Assembly (NCBI GenBank): GCA_035391225.1
Contig: DAOPKN010000002.1
Location: forward strand, 41,411 to 105,410
Origin: Thermotogota bacterium
Lineage (GTDB): Bacteria > Thermotogota > Thermotogae > MWEM01
Length of the DNA: 64,000 bases
Reading direction: 5' to 3'
The translations under genes were made by a program, and so were the position numbers. Position 1 is the stretch's first letter. Each line of letters opens with the position of its first letter. Below are positions 8,751 to 18,068 of this stretch, in pieces. The notes below the pieces were generated by a model, which was given only the letters and a program-made list of their open reading frames with translations, had not been told where the DNA came from and did not search any database.

Positions 8751-10919
8751 ATGATTGGTCTATTAGTTGTTGCTGTTGTCGCAGCACTGAGTTTTGCAGC
8801 CGTGAATTACTACGGTGTCAAGCGGTTGGCGACGGGAAATGCCCTGATGAACGAGATCGCAGGGGCAATCCAAGAGGGGGCGGATGCTTTCATTCGCCAC
8901 GAGTACAAGGTGATTTTTTCCATCGCGGTGTTCATTGCCCTCGCCCTGGGCATCGTGGTTTCGTGGTACACCGGTGTGGCCTTCATACTGGGGGCGGTGA
9001 TGAGTGCGAGTGCAGGGTGGATCGGCATGAAGATCGCCACGCTTGCAAACGTGCGTGTTTCCAACGCCGCCCGCGAAACCAAGAGCCTGGGGAAAACGCT
9101 CAAAGTGGCCTTCCGTGGCGGAAGCGTCATGGGGCTGAGCGTGGGTGGATTTGCCCTCCTGGGATTGGGTATCGTGTACCTTGTTTTTGGGAAACTGATG
9201 GGGCAAACGGCTCCGGAAAACCTTACCATCGTGACGAACTGGATGCAAATCAACTTCATCCCCTTCACGATGACGGTTTCGGGGTACGCGCTCGGATGTT
9301 CCGTGATTGCCATGTTCGACCGCGTGGGTGGCGGCATCTACACCAAGGCGGCAGACATGGGTGCGGACCTGGTGGGAAAGACCGAAGCCAAGATCCCCGA
9401 AGATGACCCACGGAACCCCGCCACCATCGCGGACAACGTGGGCGATAACGTGGGAGACGTGGCAGGACTCGGAGCCGACCTGCTGGAAAGCTACGTGGGA
9501 GCGATTATTTCCAGTATTGTCCTGGCAGCATACATGTTCTACACCAAGAGTGATCTTGCGGCAAGCATGTCCGCTTCCTTGGTGGACAAGCTGATTTCCT
9601 ACCCCATTTTCTTTGCCGCAACCGGCATCCTTTCCTGCGTACTTGGCATCATGTTCTTGATCGTGAAAAAAGTGTCCGACCATCCACACAAGGAATTGAA
9701 CATGGCGACCTGGGCGTCGGCGATCCTCACGATCGTGTTTACCGGCATCCTGACCTACTTCTACTTCCGTGGGGAAGCCGTGGAAGTGGCCAAGTTCCGA
9801 CTCGGAGTGATGTCTCCCTGGTTCTCCGCGGTGCTGGGCGTTGTCAGTGGGATCGTGATCGGGCTTTTGGCGGAATACTACACCAGTTACGATTTCAAGC
9901 CCACCAAGGATGTTGCCAACGCTTCCTTGGAAGGTACCGCCCTTACGATCACGCAGGGAATGGCGCTTGGAATGAAGTCCACGTTCTTCCCGGTTGCGAT
10001 CCTGGCGGTGACCACCATCGTCTCCAACTACTTCGCAGGCTTGTACGGTGTGGCCATGGCGGCCATCGGAATGTTGTCCTTCGTGGCAGCCACGGTTTCC
10101 GTGGATACCTACGGTCCCATTGCCGATAATGCGGGGGGCATCAGCGAGATGTCCAAGCTCGATCCAAAGGTGCGCCAAATCACGGACAAACTGGATTCCG
10201 TGGGAAACACCACAGCGGCCATCGGCAAAGGTTTCGCCATCGGTTCCGCGGCGCTTGCCGCACTTTCGTTGTTCGCTTCCTACCTCTACTCCCAGGCAAA
10301 CCCAGGAGACACCGAGGGTTTCCAGCTGGTGCTGAACATGATCAACACCATGACACTTGCCGGAGGGTTGGTGGGGGCTGCCCTTCCTTTCCTCTTCTCG
10401 GGGATTTTAATCGAAGCGGTGGCCAAAGCTGCCCGGAAGATGGTGCAGGAAGTGCGCCGGCAGTTTAAGGCGGACCCCAAGATCCTCACGGGAGAATCGC
10501 GCCCCGACTACAAGACCTGTATCGAGATTTCCTCAGCCGGGGCTTTGGCGGAGATGAAAACACCCGCCCTGATCGCCGTTCTGACCCCCCTGGTCACAGG
10601 ATTCTTGTTTGGCGCCGAGTTCGTGGGGGGACTGCTCATTGGAACCACGCTCTCGGGGATCATGCTTGCACTGTACACCGCCAACTGTGGGGGAGCATGG
10701 GATAACGGAAAGAAGTACATCGAGTCGGACAACATCAAGGGTGTGGGAAAAGGATCGGATGCCCATTCCGCGGCAGTTATCGGGGATACCGTGGGAGACC
10801 CGTTGAAAGACACCGTGGGTCCCTCCCTCGATATCCTGATCAAGATCATGGCGGTGATTTCGCTCATCACCGTTTCGGTGTTCGGCAAGTACAACTTGCT
10901 TTCGTTCTTCGGACAGTAA
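8751..10919 (+). CDS. hppA: Membrane-bound cation-translocating pyrophosphatase (K+-dependent type)
   Basis: GGAGGGAGG precedes ATG 8751. It carries many TM helices and the signature motifs DNVGDNVGDVAG, GNTTAAIGKGFAIGSAAL and GDTVGDPLKDT. Ala (not Lys) in GNTTAA marks the K+-dependent subfamily. Confidence 0.95.
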   Translation: MIGLLVVAVVAALSFAAVNYYGVKRLATGNALMNEIAGAIQEGADAFIRHEYKVIFSIAVFIALALGIVVSWYTGVAFILGAVMSASAGWIGMKIATLANVRVSNAARETKSLGKTLKVAFRGGSVMGLSVGGFALLGLGIVYLVFGKLMGQTAPENLTIVTNWMQINFIPFTMTVSGYALGCSVIAMFDRVGGGIYTKAADMGADLVGKTEAKIPEDDPRNPATIADNVGDNVGDVAGLGADLLESYVGAIISSIVLAAYMFYTKSDLAASMSASLVDKLISYPIFFAATGILSCVLGIMFLIVKKVSDHPHKELNMATWASAILTIVFTGILTYFYFRGEAVEVAKFRLGVMSPWFSAVLGVVSGIVIGLLAEYYTSYDFKPTKDVANASLEGTALTITQGMALGMKSTFFPVAILAVTTIVSNYFAGLYGVAMAAIGMLSFVAATVSVDTYGPIADNAGGISEMSKLDPKVRQITDKLDSVGNTTAAIGKGFAIGSAALAALSLFASYLYSQANPGDTEGFQLVLNMINTMTLAGGLVGAALPFLFSGILIEAVAKAARKMVQEVRRQFKADPKILTGESRPDYKTCIEISSAGALAEMKTPALIAVLTPLVTGFLFGAEFVGGLLIGTTLSGIMLALYTANCGGAWDNGKKYIESDNIKGVGKGSDAHSAAVIGDTVGDPLKDTVGPSLDILIKIMAVISLITVSVFGKYNLLSFFGQ

Positions 10920-10940
10920 AATTCTTCTTGACCACGAAAA

Positions 10941-10971
10941 AGAGGCGGGCGCAGGGCCCGCTTCTTTTTTT
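10941..10971. terminator. Bidirectional rho-independent terminator between convergent genes
   Basis: GCGGGC (10945-10950) pairs with GCCCGC (10956-10961). It is followed by a T-run on the plus strand and preceded by an A-run, which gives a U-run on the minus strand. Confidence 0.75.
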
Positions 10972-10979
10972 GGACGGTG

Positions 10980-12236
10980 TTAGGGGAGGTAAATCCAGGG
11001 CTCCTGGATATTGATGGGCGTTCGTTCGGTGAGCACCAGCGAATTCACACCCGGGTTATTACTTTTCACCCTCTTGTAGCACAGGTAGTACAACCTAAGC
11101 TTGTTGTTGGCAAGAGGTGGATTGGTCAAACCGGTCACGGTGGGCCAGTTGGCGGCAGCCGTGTAGAATTCCATGGAAAGGATGAAATCGCTGGTCCATT
11201 CGATCCACACGTCGTCGGCTGCGTTCCAATCGGTTAATCCCGAAGCGTTGTCCCAGTCGGGGTACGCGCTCTTGGTGTCGGAGGTGGAAGTGATCACCAT
11301 ATCCAAGTTGGGGACCTCTTCCGCTCCCAGGTCTTCGAAGTACTCCAGCCAACTTCCCGCGTGGCAGGATTCGATGATGAGGGTGAAGTGCACGTTGGGA
11401 TAGGAATCGATCAGCGTTTTGAGGGTGGTGGCGGTGTATCCAAACCCACCGATATTCATGTACTGGTTGGCTCCGTGTGCAATGAAGTACAGCGTGAGGT
11501 TGTTCACCTTGTTGTTATTGATCAGGTCTGCAACGGCGTTGGCGAAGTCCGTGGGGTCGTTGTTCGGATTTTTCACCGAGCGGACGTTGTCGTACGTTCC
11601 CCCATCGTTCATCAGGTCTTCCATGGCATCCACCATCATGGCATGCACGTTCTCCACCTCGGTGAACAGGTTTTGCGTGGGGGTCAAGCCACTGGTGACG
11701 ACTGCACCGTACCGAGCCAGTTGGAAGATCACGCCGGGCCACTTGATGATCTGGATGGGGATCCAGATTTGCCATGGGTTGTAGATGGCATTGGCAATCA
11801 TTTCTTGGATGGAGTTGTCTTTGAGGGTTTGGGGCCTGTCCCCATCCACGATAGGCCATCCCTCGGTGTCTTCGGAGTACAGGTTTGCACCACTCTCGCC
11901 GATCACCAAGATCTTCCCTGGGTGATTGTACAGGGCTCCCGGGGCCTCGTCAAGGTAAAACAGCCACCCCGCTTCCGGAAGGGGTCCCGAGTTGCGCGAG
12001 GCGCGCTCTCCTACCGTTGCGGGTTCGAAGGAACCCACCACCGATCCCGCGCCAACTGCGCCAAGGTAGAATCCAACGGAACCTGCAGCCGCACCTTGCC
12101 CCGCGATCCATCCCACGAACTGACCCTGTGCATCCGCCAAGGTGAAGCCAATCCCGATGCCTCCGCACGATACAAGCAGCAGCACCAGGGTAGCCAGCAA
12201 GGACAAAAACAATAGAGATTTCTTCAAGCGTACCAT
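10980..12236 (-). CDS. Lipoprotein with legumain-like (peptidase C13 / clan CD) domain
   Basis: Signal peptide with lipobox LLVSC. His-Gly ... Cys dyad in a C13-like context (LYFIAHGANQ and LIIESCHAGSW), about 40 residues apart as in legumain. GGAGGTG RBS. Confidence 0.7.
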   Translation of the reverse strand: MVRLKKSLLFLSLLATLVLLLVSCGGIGIGFTLADAQGQFVGWIAGQGAAAGSVGFYLGAVGAGSVVGSFEPATVGERASRNSGPLPEAGWLFYLDEAPGALYNHPGKILVIGESGANLYSEDTEGWPIVDGDRPQTLKDNSIQEMIANAIYNPWQIWIPIQIIKWPGVIFQLARYGAVVTSGLTPTQNLFTEVENVHAMMVDAMEDLMNDGGTYDNVRSVKNPNNDPTDFANAVADLINNNKVNNLTLYFIAHGANQYMNIGGFGYTATTLKTLIDSYPNVHFTLIIESCHAGSWLEYFEDLGAEEVPNLDMVITSTSDTKSAYPDWDNASGLTDWNAADDVWIEWTSDFILSMEFYTAAANWPTVTGLTNPPLANNKLRLYYLCYKRVKSNNPGVNSLVLTERTPINIQEPWIYLP

Positions 12237-12294
12237 TCAAGTCACCTCCGGTTTTTTCCAAGAAAAAAGGCTTTTGACGCAAACTTAACAAATA

Positions 12295-12323
12295 ATTATA
12301 GCACTTTTTTTCTTTTTTTCCAA
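12295..12323 (-). promoter_or_regulatory. Putative promoter of the C13-like lipoprotein gene
   Basis: On the minus strand: TTGGAA (12323-12318), 17 nt spacer, TATAAT (12300-12295). It lies about 60 nt upstream of the start codon. Confidence 0.45.
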
Positions 12324-12365
12324 GAACCTTTTCCGGTATTTTCCGTTTTTTCCTGTCCTTCCCCC

Positions 12366-12394
12366 TTGACAGTGGGTGCAGAATACGATACTAT
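12366..12394 (+). promoter_or_regulatory. Near-consensus sigma-70 promoter of the NifX/PadR/MinD/radical-SAM operon
   Basis: TTGACA (12366-12371), exactly 17 nt spacer, TACTAT (12389-12394). GGAGG RBS at 12419-12423 and ATG at 12430. Confidence 0.65.
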
Positions 12395-12417
12395 ATATAT
12401 GAAATTATCATATATAT
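12393..12417. promoter_or_regulatory. Perfect 10-bp inverted repeat (operator candidate) overlapping the -10 and expected TSS
   Basis: ATATATATGA (12393-12402), aatta spacer, TCATATATAT (12408-12417). It lies between the -10 hexamer and the Shine-Dalgarno sequence. Confidence 0.6.
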
Positions 12418-12429
12418 TGGAGGTTCGCC

Positions 12430-12807
12430 ATGATAGCAATTCCCGTCAACGAAGCAAAAGGGTTCCAAGCAACGATCTGTGAGCACTTTGGACATGCCCC
12501 CTATTTCGCGCTGGTCCAGGTGTCCGAGGGCAAAATCGGGGAAGTGACCAACCTTGCCAATCCCTTTTCCCAGCATGGTCCCGGGGAGATCCCCGAGTTC
12601 TTGCAGCGAAACGGTGTGGACGTGATCATTGCCCGGGGAATGGGGCAACGGGCGCAGCAATACTTTCAGCGCATGGGGATTCAATTCGTCGTGGGAGCGG
12701 CGGGAACCGTGGAAAGCCTGGTGAAAGATTACCTGCAAAACCAGTTGCAAAGCCGGGAGTATACCCCCCCGGATCGCGAAAGCTTCCACCGTTCCCACGA
12801 ATCCTGA
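12430..12807 (+). CDS. NifX/NifB C-terminal-like (dinitrogenase FeMo-cofactor-binding fold) protein
   Basis: Typical family pattern: IAIPV...HFGHAPYFALV...NGVDVIIARGMGQRA...GI. Confidence 0.8.
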   Translation: MIAIPVNEAKGFQATICEHFGHAPYFALVQVSEGKIGEVTNLANPFSQHGPGEIPEFLQRNGVDVIIARGMGQRAQQYFQRMGIQFVVGAAGTVESLVKDYLQNQLQSREYTPPDRESFHRSHES

Positions 12808-13256
12808 TGCCACGAGGAGGTCAGGGAAGAGGGTTCTTTGGTGGCTGGGGGCGCATTTGGTTCGAAGGCTTCTTGCTGTTGCACTTGGCCGAGCAACCCT
12901 CCCACGGGTACGATCTTGCGGGGAGTATGGAAAAGCTGGGTTTCTTGCCCAAGGGTGTGGGCGCGATGGGAAGGTTGTACCGCATACTGGGTGAATTGGA
13001 AACCCGGGGGTGGATCCGAGGGGAATGGAAGACGGAGGATGGTGGGGCTGCCAAGAAGGAGTACCAGCTCACGTCGATGGGGTGGCACGCATTGCAGCAG
13101 GTGCGCCAAAGGTTGCAGCAAATGAAGCAACGCATCGAAACCTTCGAGTCCCGAATGGCACGGCTTTCGGAGCATGCCCCCGGGAATGGGTCTTTCCCGG
13201 ACGATTCCGGGGAATGGGAGAAAGGAGAGAACGATGAAAATTCTGATTTCCAGTGA
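12807..13256 (+). CDS. PadR-family transcriptional regulator with Gly/Arg-rich N-terminal extension
   Basis: TGATG overlap with the upstream stop. Winged-helix PadR pattern LLLHLAEQPSHGYDLAGSMEKLG...LYRILGELETRGWIRGEW...KKEYQLTSMG. The N-terminus is MPRGGQGRGFFGGWGR. Confidence 0.8.
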   Translation: MPRGGQGRGFFGGWGRIWFEGFLLLHLAEQPSHGYDLAGSMEKLGFLPKGVGAMGRLYRILGELETRGWIRGEWKTEDGGAAKKEYQLTSMGWHALQQVRQRLQQMKQRIETFESRMARLSEHAPGNGSFPDDSGEWEKGENDENSDFQ

Positions 13257-13551
13257 AACAAACGACAACAACGCACCGGTTTCCAGCCGCCTTGCGCGGG
13301 CGGAATTCTTTTTGCTCCTGGATAGCGCGTCGGGTGAGAGCGAATGGCTTCCCAACCCCTTTTCCATGGAGCACGGCATGGGGCCCAAGGTGGCACAGAT
13401 GGCCGCGGACTTCGGTGTGAAACGCATCTATTCCGCGCCAGCGGGCCCCAACGCAAAAGAAGCCCTGGATTCCCTCGGGATCGATGTCTTTTCCGCTACG
13501 GGCAAGACGGTACAACAGGTGATCGACGAGGTCCGAAACGAAAATGTATAG
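13234..13551 (+). CDS. Second NifX/NifB-like domain protein
   Basis: ATG 13234 follows GGAGAG. Pattern MKILISS...LARAEFFLLLD...GVKRIYSAPAGPNAKEALDSLGIDV. Confidence 0.75.
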   Translation: MKILISSETNDNNAPVSSRLARAEFFLLLDSASGESEWLPNPFSMEHGMGPKVAQMAADFGVKRIYSAPAGPNAKEALDSLGIDVFSATGKTVQQVIDEVRNENV

Positions 13552-14401
13552 AATTGCCATTCTATCCGGGAAGGGGGGGACGGGAAAAACCCTGGTTTCC
13601 ACCAACCTGGCCTGGTGCTTGCACGAAACAGGGCTCCGCGTGCACCTTCTGGACGCCGATGCGGAGGAGCCCAACGACGCCCTTTTTTTCCCCCCCTGGG
13701 AGTACGAAGAGAAGTTGGTGCAAAAACGCGTGCCCAGCGTGGATCTGCAAAAATGCTCGGTTTGCGGCGAATGTACGCGCAACTGCGCTTTTTCCGCGAT
13801 CCACGTTTCTCCCGGTAAGGCGCTTGTGCTGGAAAACCTCTGCCACGGGTGCGGCCTTTGCACGCGCGTGTGTCCCCAGAACGCCATCGTGGAGGTCCCC
13901 CGTACCATCGGGAAGGTGCGTTTCGGGGTTTTTCCTGGGGGCATGCACTTCTCGGAAGGCGAGTTGCACATCGCGGAACCTTCCGCGGTTCCCGTGATCC
14001 GGGAGCTCAAGAAAACCCTCGACCCCAGTGCCCAAGTGGCCATCTTCGATTCTCCACCGGGAGCATCCTGCCCCGTGGTGGAGGCGGTGACGGGTGCCGA
14101 TTTTGCCCTCCTGGTGAGCGAGCCCACCCCCTTCGGCATGCACGATCTCAAGGCTGCCCTGGCCACGGTGTCCACCCTGGGCGTGCCCTCCGGTGTGGTG
14201 CTCAACCGCATGGATGCGGCTTCCGGGGACTATATCGCCCAGGTGGAACAGATGGGGGGCACCCTCTTGGGAACACTCCCGTTTCGTAGGGAGATCGCGG
14301 TGGCGTATGCACAGGGCAAGCTCTTTGCCAGGGAATTTCCCGAGTACGTTCCTTTCTTCGAGGAGCTCGCGGCTGCCATATGGAAAGAAGGGAAAGCATG
14401 A
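13544..14401 (+). CDS. MinD/ParA-type P-loop ATPase with inserted 2x[4Fe-4S] ferredoxin domain
   Basis: Deviant Walker A SGKGGTGKT. Ferredoxin motifs CSVCGECTRNC and CHGCGLCTRVCP. 8-nt overlap with the upstream gene. Confidence 0.85.
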   Translation: MYRIAILSGKGGTGKTLVSTNLAWCLHETGLRVHLLDADAEEPNDALFFPPWEYEEKLVQKRVPSVDLQKCSVCGECTRNCAFSAIHVSPGKALVLENLCHGCGLCTRVCPQNAIVEVPRTIGKVRFGVFPGGMHFSEGELHIAEPSAVPVIRELKKTLDPSAQVAIFDSPPGASCPVVEAVTGADFALLVSEPTPFGMHDLKAALATVSTLGVPSGVVLNRMDAASGDYIAQVEQMGGTLLGTLPFRREIAVAYAQGKLFAREFPEYVPFFEELAAAIWKEGKA

Positions 14402-15264
14402 AGCAACTAACCGTTGTTAGTGGAAAAGGAGGCACGGGGAAGACCACCCTATCGGGTTCTTTCGCGTACCTTGCCCGGGATGCGGTGATCTTGGACGCGG
14501 ATGTGGACGCTTCCAACCTGCACCTGCTTTTCCCGGTACAGGTAGAAACGAAAATGCCCTACTCCGGGGGAAAGAAGGCCTTCGTGGACGAAGCGCGCTG
14601 CACCGGATGCGGGATTTGCCAAGAGCTTTGCCGCTTCGAGGCGATTGCACTCGATGGCGGAGTTGCGCGCGTGAACCCGTTTTCCTGCGAGGGATGCAAT
14701 GCGTGCGCCGTTTTCTGCCCCGAAACGGCCATCCACATGGAGCCCGTGCAAGCGGGGTGGGTGCAGCGGGGAAACGTTTCGGGTATGCCCCTGGTGGATG
14801 GAGAGCTGTTCCCCGGGGAAGAAACCAGCGGAGGGCTTGTTGCCACGGTACGAAAGGAAGGCCAGGGAATCGCCCAGCAGCACAAGTACGGCAAGATCCT
14901 CATCGATGGAGCCCCGGGAACGGGTTGCCCCACCACGTCCTCGATCACCTACACGGATTTCGTGGTCATCGTGACCGAGCCTTCGCAAAGCGGGTTGCAC
15001 GACCTGGAGCGCATCGTGCGCACCGTGGATCATTTCGCGATCCCCAAGGGCGTGGTGATCAACAAGTACGACCTGGAAGAAGGTACCTCCGCGCGAATCG
15101 AACAATACTGTGCTACGGAAGGCATCCCGCTGATGGGCAAGGTTCCGTTTGATCCGGAAGTCGTTCGCGCCATTCGAGAGGCAAGGCCCGTTGTGACGCA
15201 ACCCTCTCCCGCGGCACATGCTATCCGTGATCTCTGGGAAGAGGTGCAAAGGAGAGTGTTTTGA
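14398..15264 (+). CDS. Second MinD/ParA-type ATPase with ferredoxin insert
   Basis: ATGA overlap. SGKGGTGKTT P-loop, plus CTGCGICQELC and CEGCNACAVFCP. Confidence 0.85.
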   Translation: MKQLTVVSGKGGTGKTTLSGSFAYLARDAVILDADVDASNLHLLFPVQVETKMPYSGGKKAFVDEARCTGCGICQELCRFEAIALDGGVARVNPFSCEGCNACAVFCPETAIHMEPVQAGWVQRGNVSGMPLVDGELFPGEETSGGLVATVRKEGQGIAQQHKYGKILIDGAPGTGCPTTSSITYTDFVVIVTEPSQSGLHDLERIVRTVDHFAIPKGVVINKYDLEEGTSARIEQYCATEGIPLMGKVPFDPEVVRAIREARPVVTQPSPAAHAIRDLWEEVQRRVF

Positions 15265-16193
15265 AGTACATCTACGGTATCGTCCCGTCGCGCCGTTTGG
15301 GGAGTTCCCTGGGGGTGAGCCCCATCCCCTTCAAGACCTGCGATTACTCCTGCGTGTATTGCCAGTTGGGAAACACCACGCACATGACGCTCCAACGCCA
15401 AACCTTCTTCGATCCGGACCAAATCCTTCGCGAAATCGAAGAGGTCTCGCGCATGGACCTTCCTCCCTACGACGTTGTCTCGCTCGTGGGAGAGGGCGAG
15501 CCGACGCTTTTCCAACCCCTGGACGTCCTGGTGAAGGGAATCAAGAAGATGCTGAAGAAGCCCGTTGTGCTGATTACCAACGGTTCGTTGTTCATGCAGC
15601 AAGAACTGTGCGCGGAAATCGCGGAGGTGGATATTCTCATGCCCACGTTGGATGCCTGGGACCAGCAGAGCTTCCGAACGATCAACCGTCCACATGGGCA
15701 ACTGCTTTTTTCGGAGGTTTTCGCGGGAATGCGCCACTGTTTGCAGGGGTTCCCCGGGGAAGTTTGGCTCGAGGTTATGCTCGTGAAGGGGCTCAACGAC
15801 AGCGACTTTGCACTGGAGCAACTCCAACAAAAGGTGAACCTGCTGCAACCCCGTCGGGTGTACGTCAACGTGCCGGTGCGCCCTCCCGCGGTGGAAGGCG
15901 TAGTTGCTCCTTCCCCCGCTCGCCTTGGCCGCGCGCAACAGCTTCTGGGGGGAACGGGCATCGAGAAACTGGCACCGGGTAGCTTCGTGTCGTTTGCGGG
16001 TGGTGAAAGGGAAGCGGTGAAAGGATTCATTCGTCGCCACCCCATGAGCCGCGGCGAAATCGAGCAATTCTTAGGGATTCGGGGGTTTGGTGGTGATAGG
16101 GAAGCGTTCTTTCGCTCCCTTTCACAGGACCCGGAAGTGGAAGTGCGCTGCTACGCCACGCGCACTTTTTTCCGGGTGAAAGAAGGAAAGTAA
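15261..16193 (+). CDS. Radical SAM protein (COG0731-like Fe-S oxidoreductase)
   Basis: TTG start overlaps the upstream TGA (TTGA). N-terminal SRRLGSSLGVSPIPFKTCDYSCVYCQLG contains the CxxxCxxC cluster motif. Confidence 0.8.
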   Translation: MKYIYGIVPSRRLGSSLGVSPIPFKTCDYSCVYCQLGNTTHMTLQRQTFFDPDQILREIEEVSRMDLPPYDVVSLVGEGEPTLFQPLDVLVKGIKKMLKKPVVLITNGSLFMQQELCAEIAEVDILMPTLDAWDQQSFRTINRPHGQLLFSEVFAGMRHCLQGFPGEVWLEVMLVKGLNDSDFALEQLQQKVNLLQPRRVYVNVPVRPPAVEGVVAPSPARLGRAQQLLGGTGIEKLAPGSFVSFAGGEREAVKGFIRRHPMSRGEIEQFLGIRGFGGDREAFFRSLSQDPEVEVRCYATRTFFRVKEGK

Positions 16194-16218
16194 AAGGAAG
16201 GCGCAAGGGCCTTCCTTT
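16193..16218. terminator. Bidirectional terminator hairpin shared by convergent genes
   Basis: AAAGGAAGGC (16193-16202) and GCCTTCCTTT (16209-16218) form a 10-bp stem with a 6-nt loop, flanked by A/T runs. It abuts both stop codons. Confidence 0.7.
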
Positions 16219-18038
16219 TACATTTGGATATCCCCGAGATCCTGGTTGAGGTTGGACAGGAAAGATCCGATCTGTTCGATGTTTTGGAGAATGCTGCGGA
16301 TGTCTTCCAAGAACTTCTGGATAGAGGCGCTGATTTCCTCCGCGGTGGCGGAACTTTGCTCCGAAATCGCCAACAGGTTCTCGATGGAGGAGGAGATGCC
16401 TTCCAGGCGGGACGCCTCTTCTTGCAGGTTCTTGATCAGCCCGTTGATCTCCAGCGCAATGTCGGAAATATTCTGGCTGGACTGCTGGTTTTGGTTGGAG
16501 TTCTTTCGCAGGTTCTCCGACTGCCGTTTGAGTTCCTCGAATTCCGAAAAGAGCCGCTCGATCAAGCGGTTGATTCCCGAGGTGATCGATCCCAGGAACT
16601 GGGAAATCTGGTCCGAGGAGCTCTTGCTTTCTTCGGCGAGTTTGCGGATTTCGTCGGCGACCACCGAGAAACCCCTTCCGGCTTCCCCACTTCTTGCGGC
16701 TTCGATGGCTGCGTTTAGTGCCAGCAGGTTGGTCTGTTCGGAGATGGACGTCACCGTCTCGGCGATTTCCATGATCTTGCTCGCCTGGTTCTGCAGGTCT
16801 TTCCCCACGTGCACCAGCTGGTCAAAGCCTTCGCTCATCTTTTGGATGCCATTGGCGGATTGTTCCACGTCGCGTGAAGAATCCAAGATAGCGTTTACCG
16901 CCTGGTTCAGCGATTCTACCATTTGGCTTTCCCGGTCCACGATACTGCGCAAGGTGTTCACGTTGGAGTTCACCGCCTCGGAGATGGACTCGGTATCCTG
17001 GCTGATGTCCACGGCAGATTGGGCAACCTGCGTGGAAAGCTCTCCCATGGTTCCGATCAGGCCTTTCATCTCGGCTGCGGATTCGGCGATCTTCCCCGTG
17101 AAGGATTCGATTTCCTGGATGTCCCCCGCCAGGCTGTTCATGAGCTCCCGGAGCGAAAGCGCTGCTTGGGCGATGTCGGATGTCACCCCCCGGAATTCCG
17201 AGGAATCCAGCACCAGCACCGGGCTGTCCAGGTTCTTTTCCCGGAACCCCTGAAGCGCGCTTTTCACCGTGGAAAAGCCTTTTTTCCAGTCAAGCACTTG
17301 CCCTCCCAGGAGCAACACGGAGGCAAGCCCGGTCAGAACAGCGGCAAGCCATTTTTGGGGGATCCAGCGGAAAAAGGCGTAGGAAGCCAACCCCAGCACC
17401 AGCGGAAACAGGAAAAGGGAAACCTGGCCGAAGGATTTGAACAAACCCAACGAAAGCAGCCGGAAACCTTTCAGGGGAACGTATTGCCCGTAGGGCTTGG
17501 TGGCCTTGACCGTGATTTCCAGGAAGTTCTGGTTCTCCGGGGTTTTGCCTTCCCCGAGAACCTGGATTTCCACGGGATCCTGGAAGTACTCCGAGGCCCC
17601 TTCCACCAGGCCAAGGAAGTAGAAACGCAAATCGCGATGGGATTGGTAGCGCAGCTTGGCACGGAAGGAATCGAGGGTTTCAAAGAAGACGCGGGGCGGG
17701 CGGGCACCGGGAATCCTTCGCGTGAGGATCTTGTGCACCATGTCCATCGCGGAAAGGAACGAAAGCAACCCTTTCTTCTTGAAATACATGGGGTACCAGC
17801 GAAAAAAGGTCTGGATGTTTGCCCTCCCCGTTTTTTTCCACAGTTCTTCCAGGGAAACCGAACTCTTGGAAGCCAGGAATTTGGCCATGCGGTCCACGAC
17901 GGCTTCGGGAACGTCTTCGAGGGGCGAAAAGATGTGGTCTTGCGCAATTCCTCCGGCGGAGACGGCTTCGCCCACAACGGAACTCCCCAGGATTTTCTTC
18001 CAGGTTTCGATCCAAATGCCTACAACCATTCCTTTCAT
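16218..18038 (-). CDS. Methyl-accepting chemotaxis protein with N-terminal H-NOX (heme NO/O2-binding) sensor domain
   Basis: The N-terminal ~185 aa are collinear with the Thermoanaerobacter tengcongensis Tar4 H-NOX domain: W9, N74, H102, P115, Y131-x-S133-x-R135 and Y140 are all present. Two TM helices follow. The C-terminal MCP hairpin is [33 protein letters not shown]. Confidence 0.9.
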   Translation of the reverse strand: MKGMVVGIWIETWKKILGSSVVGEAVSAGGIAQDHIFSPLEDVPEAVVDRMAKFLASKSSVSLEELWKKTGRANIQTFFRWYPMYFKKKGLLSFLSAMDMVHKILTRRIPGARPPRVFFETLDSFRAKLRYQSHRDLRFYFLGLVEGASEYFQDPVEIQVLGEGKTPENQNFLEITVKATKPYGQYVPLKGFRLLSLGLFKSFGQVSLFLFPLVLGLASYAFFRWIPQKWLAAVLTGLASVLLLGGQVLDWKKGFSTVKSALQGFREKNLDSPVLVLDSSEFRGVTSDIAQAALSLRELMNSLAGDIQEIESFTGKIAESAAEMKGLIGTMGELSTQVAQSAVDISQDTESISEAVNSNVNTLRSIVDRESQMVESLNQAVNAILDSSRDVEQSANGIQKMSEGFDQLVHVGKDLQNQASKIMEIAETVTSISEQTNLLALNAAIEAARSGEAGRGFSVVADEIRKLAEESKSSSDQISQFLGSITSGINRLIERLFSEFEELKRQSENLRKNSNQNQQSSQNISDIALEINGLIKNLQEEASRLEGISSSIENLLAISEQSSATAEEISASIQKFLEDIRSILQNIEQIGSFLSNLNQDLGDIQM

Positions 18039-18068
18039 GAGGTACCTCCCCTTTCGCTGCGCTTGTGT

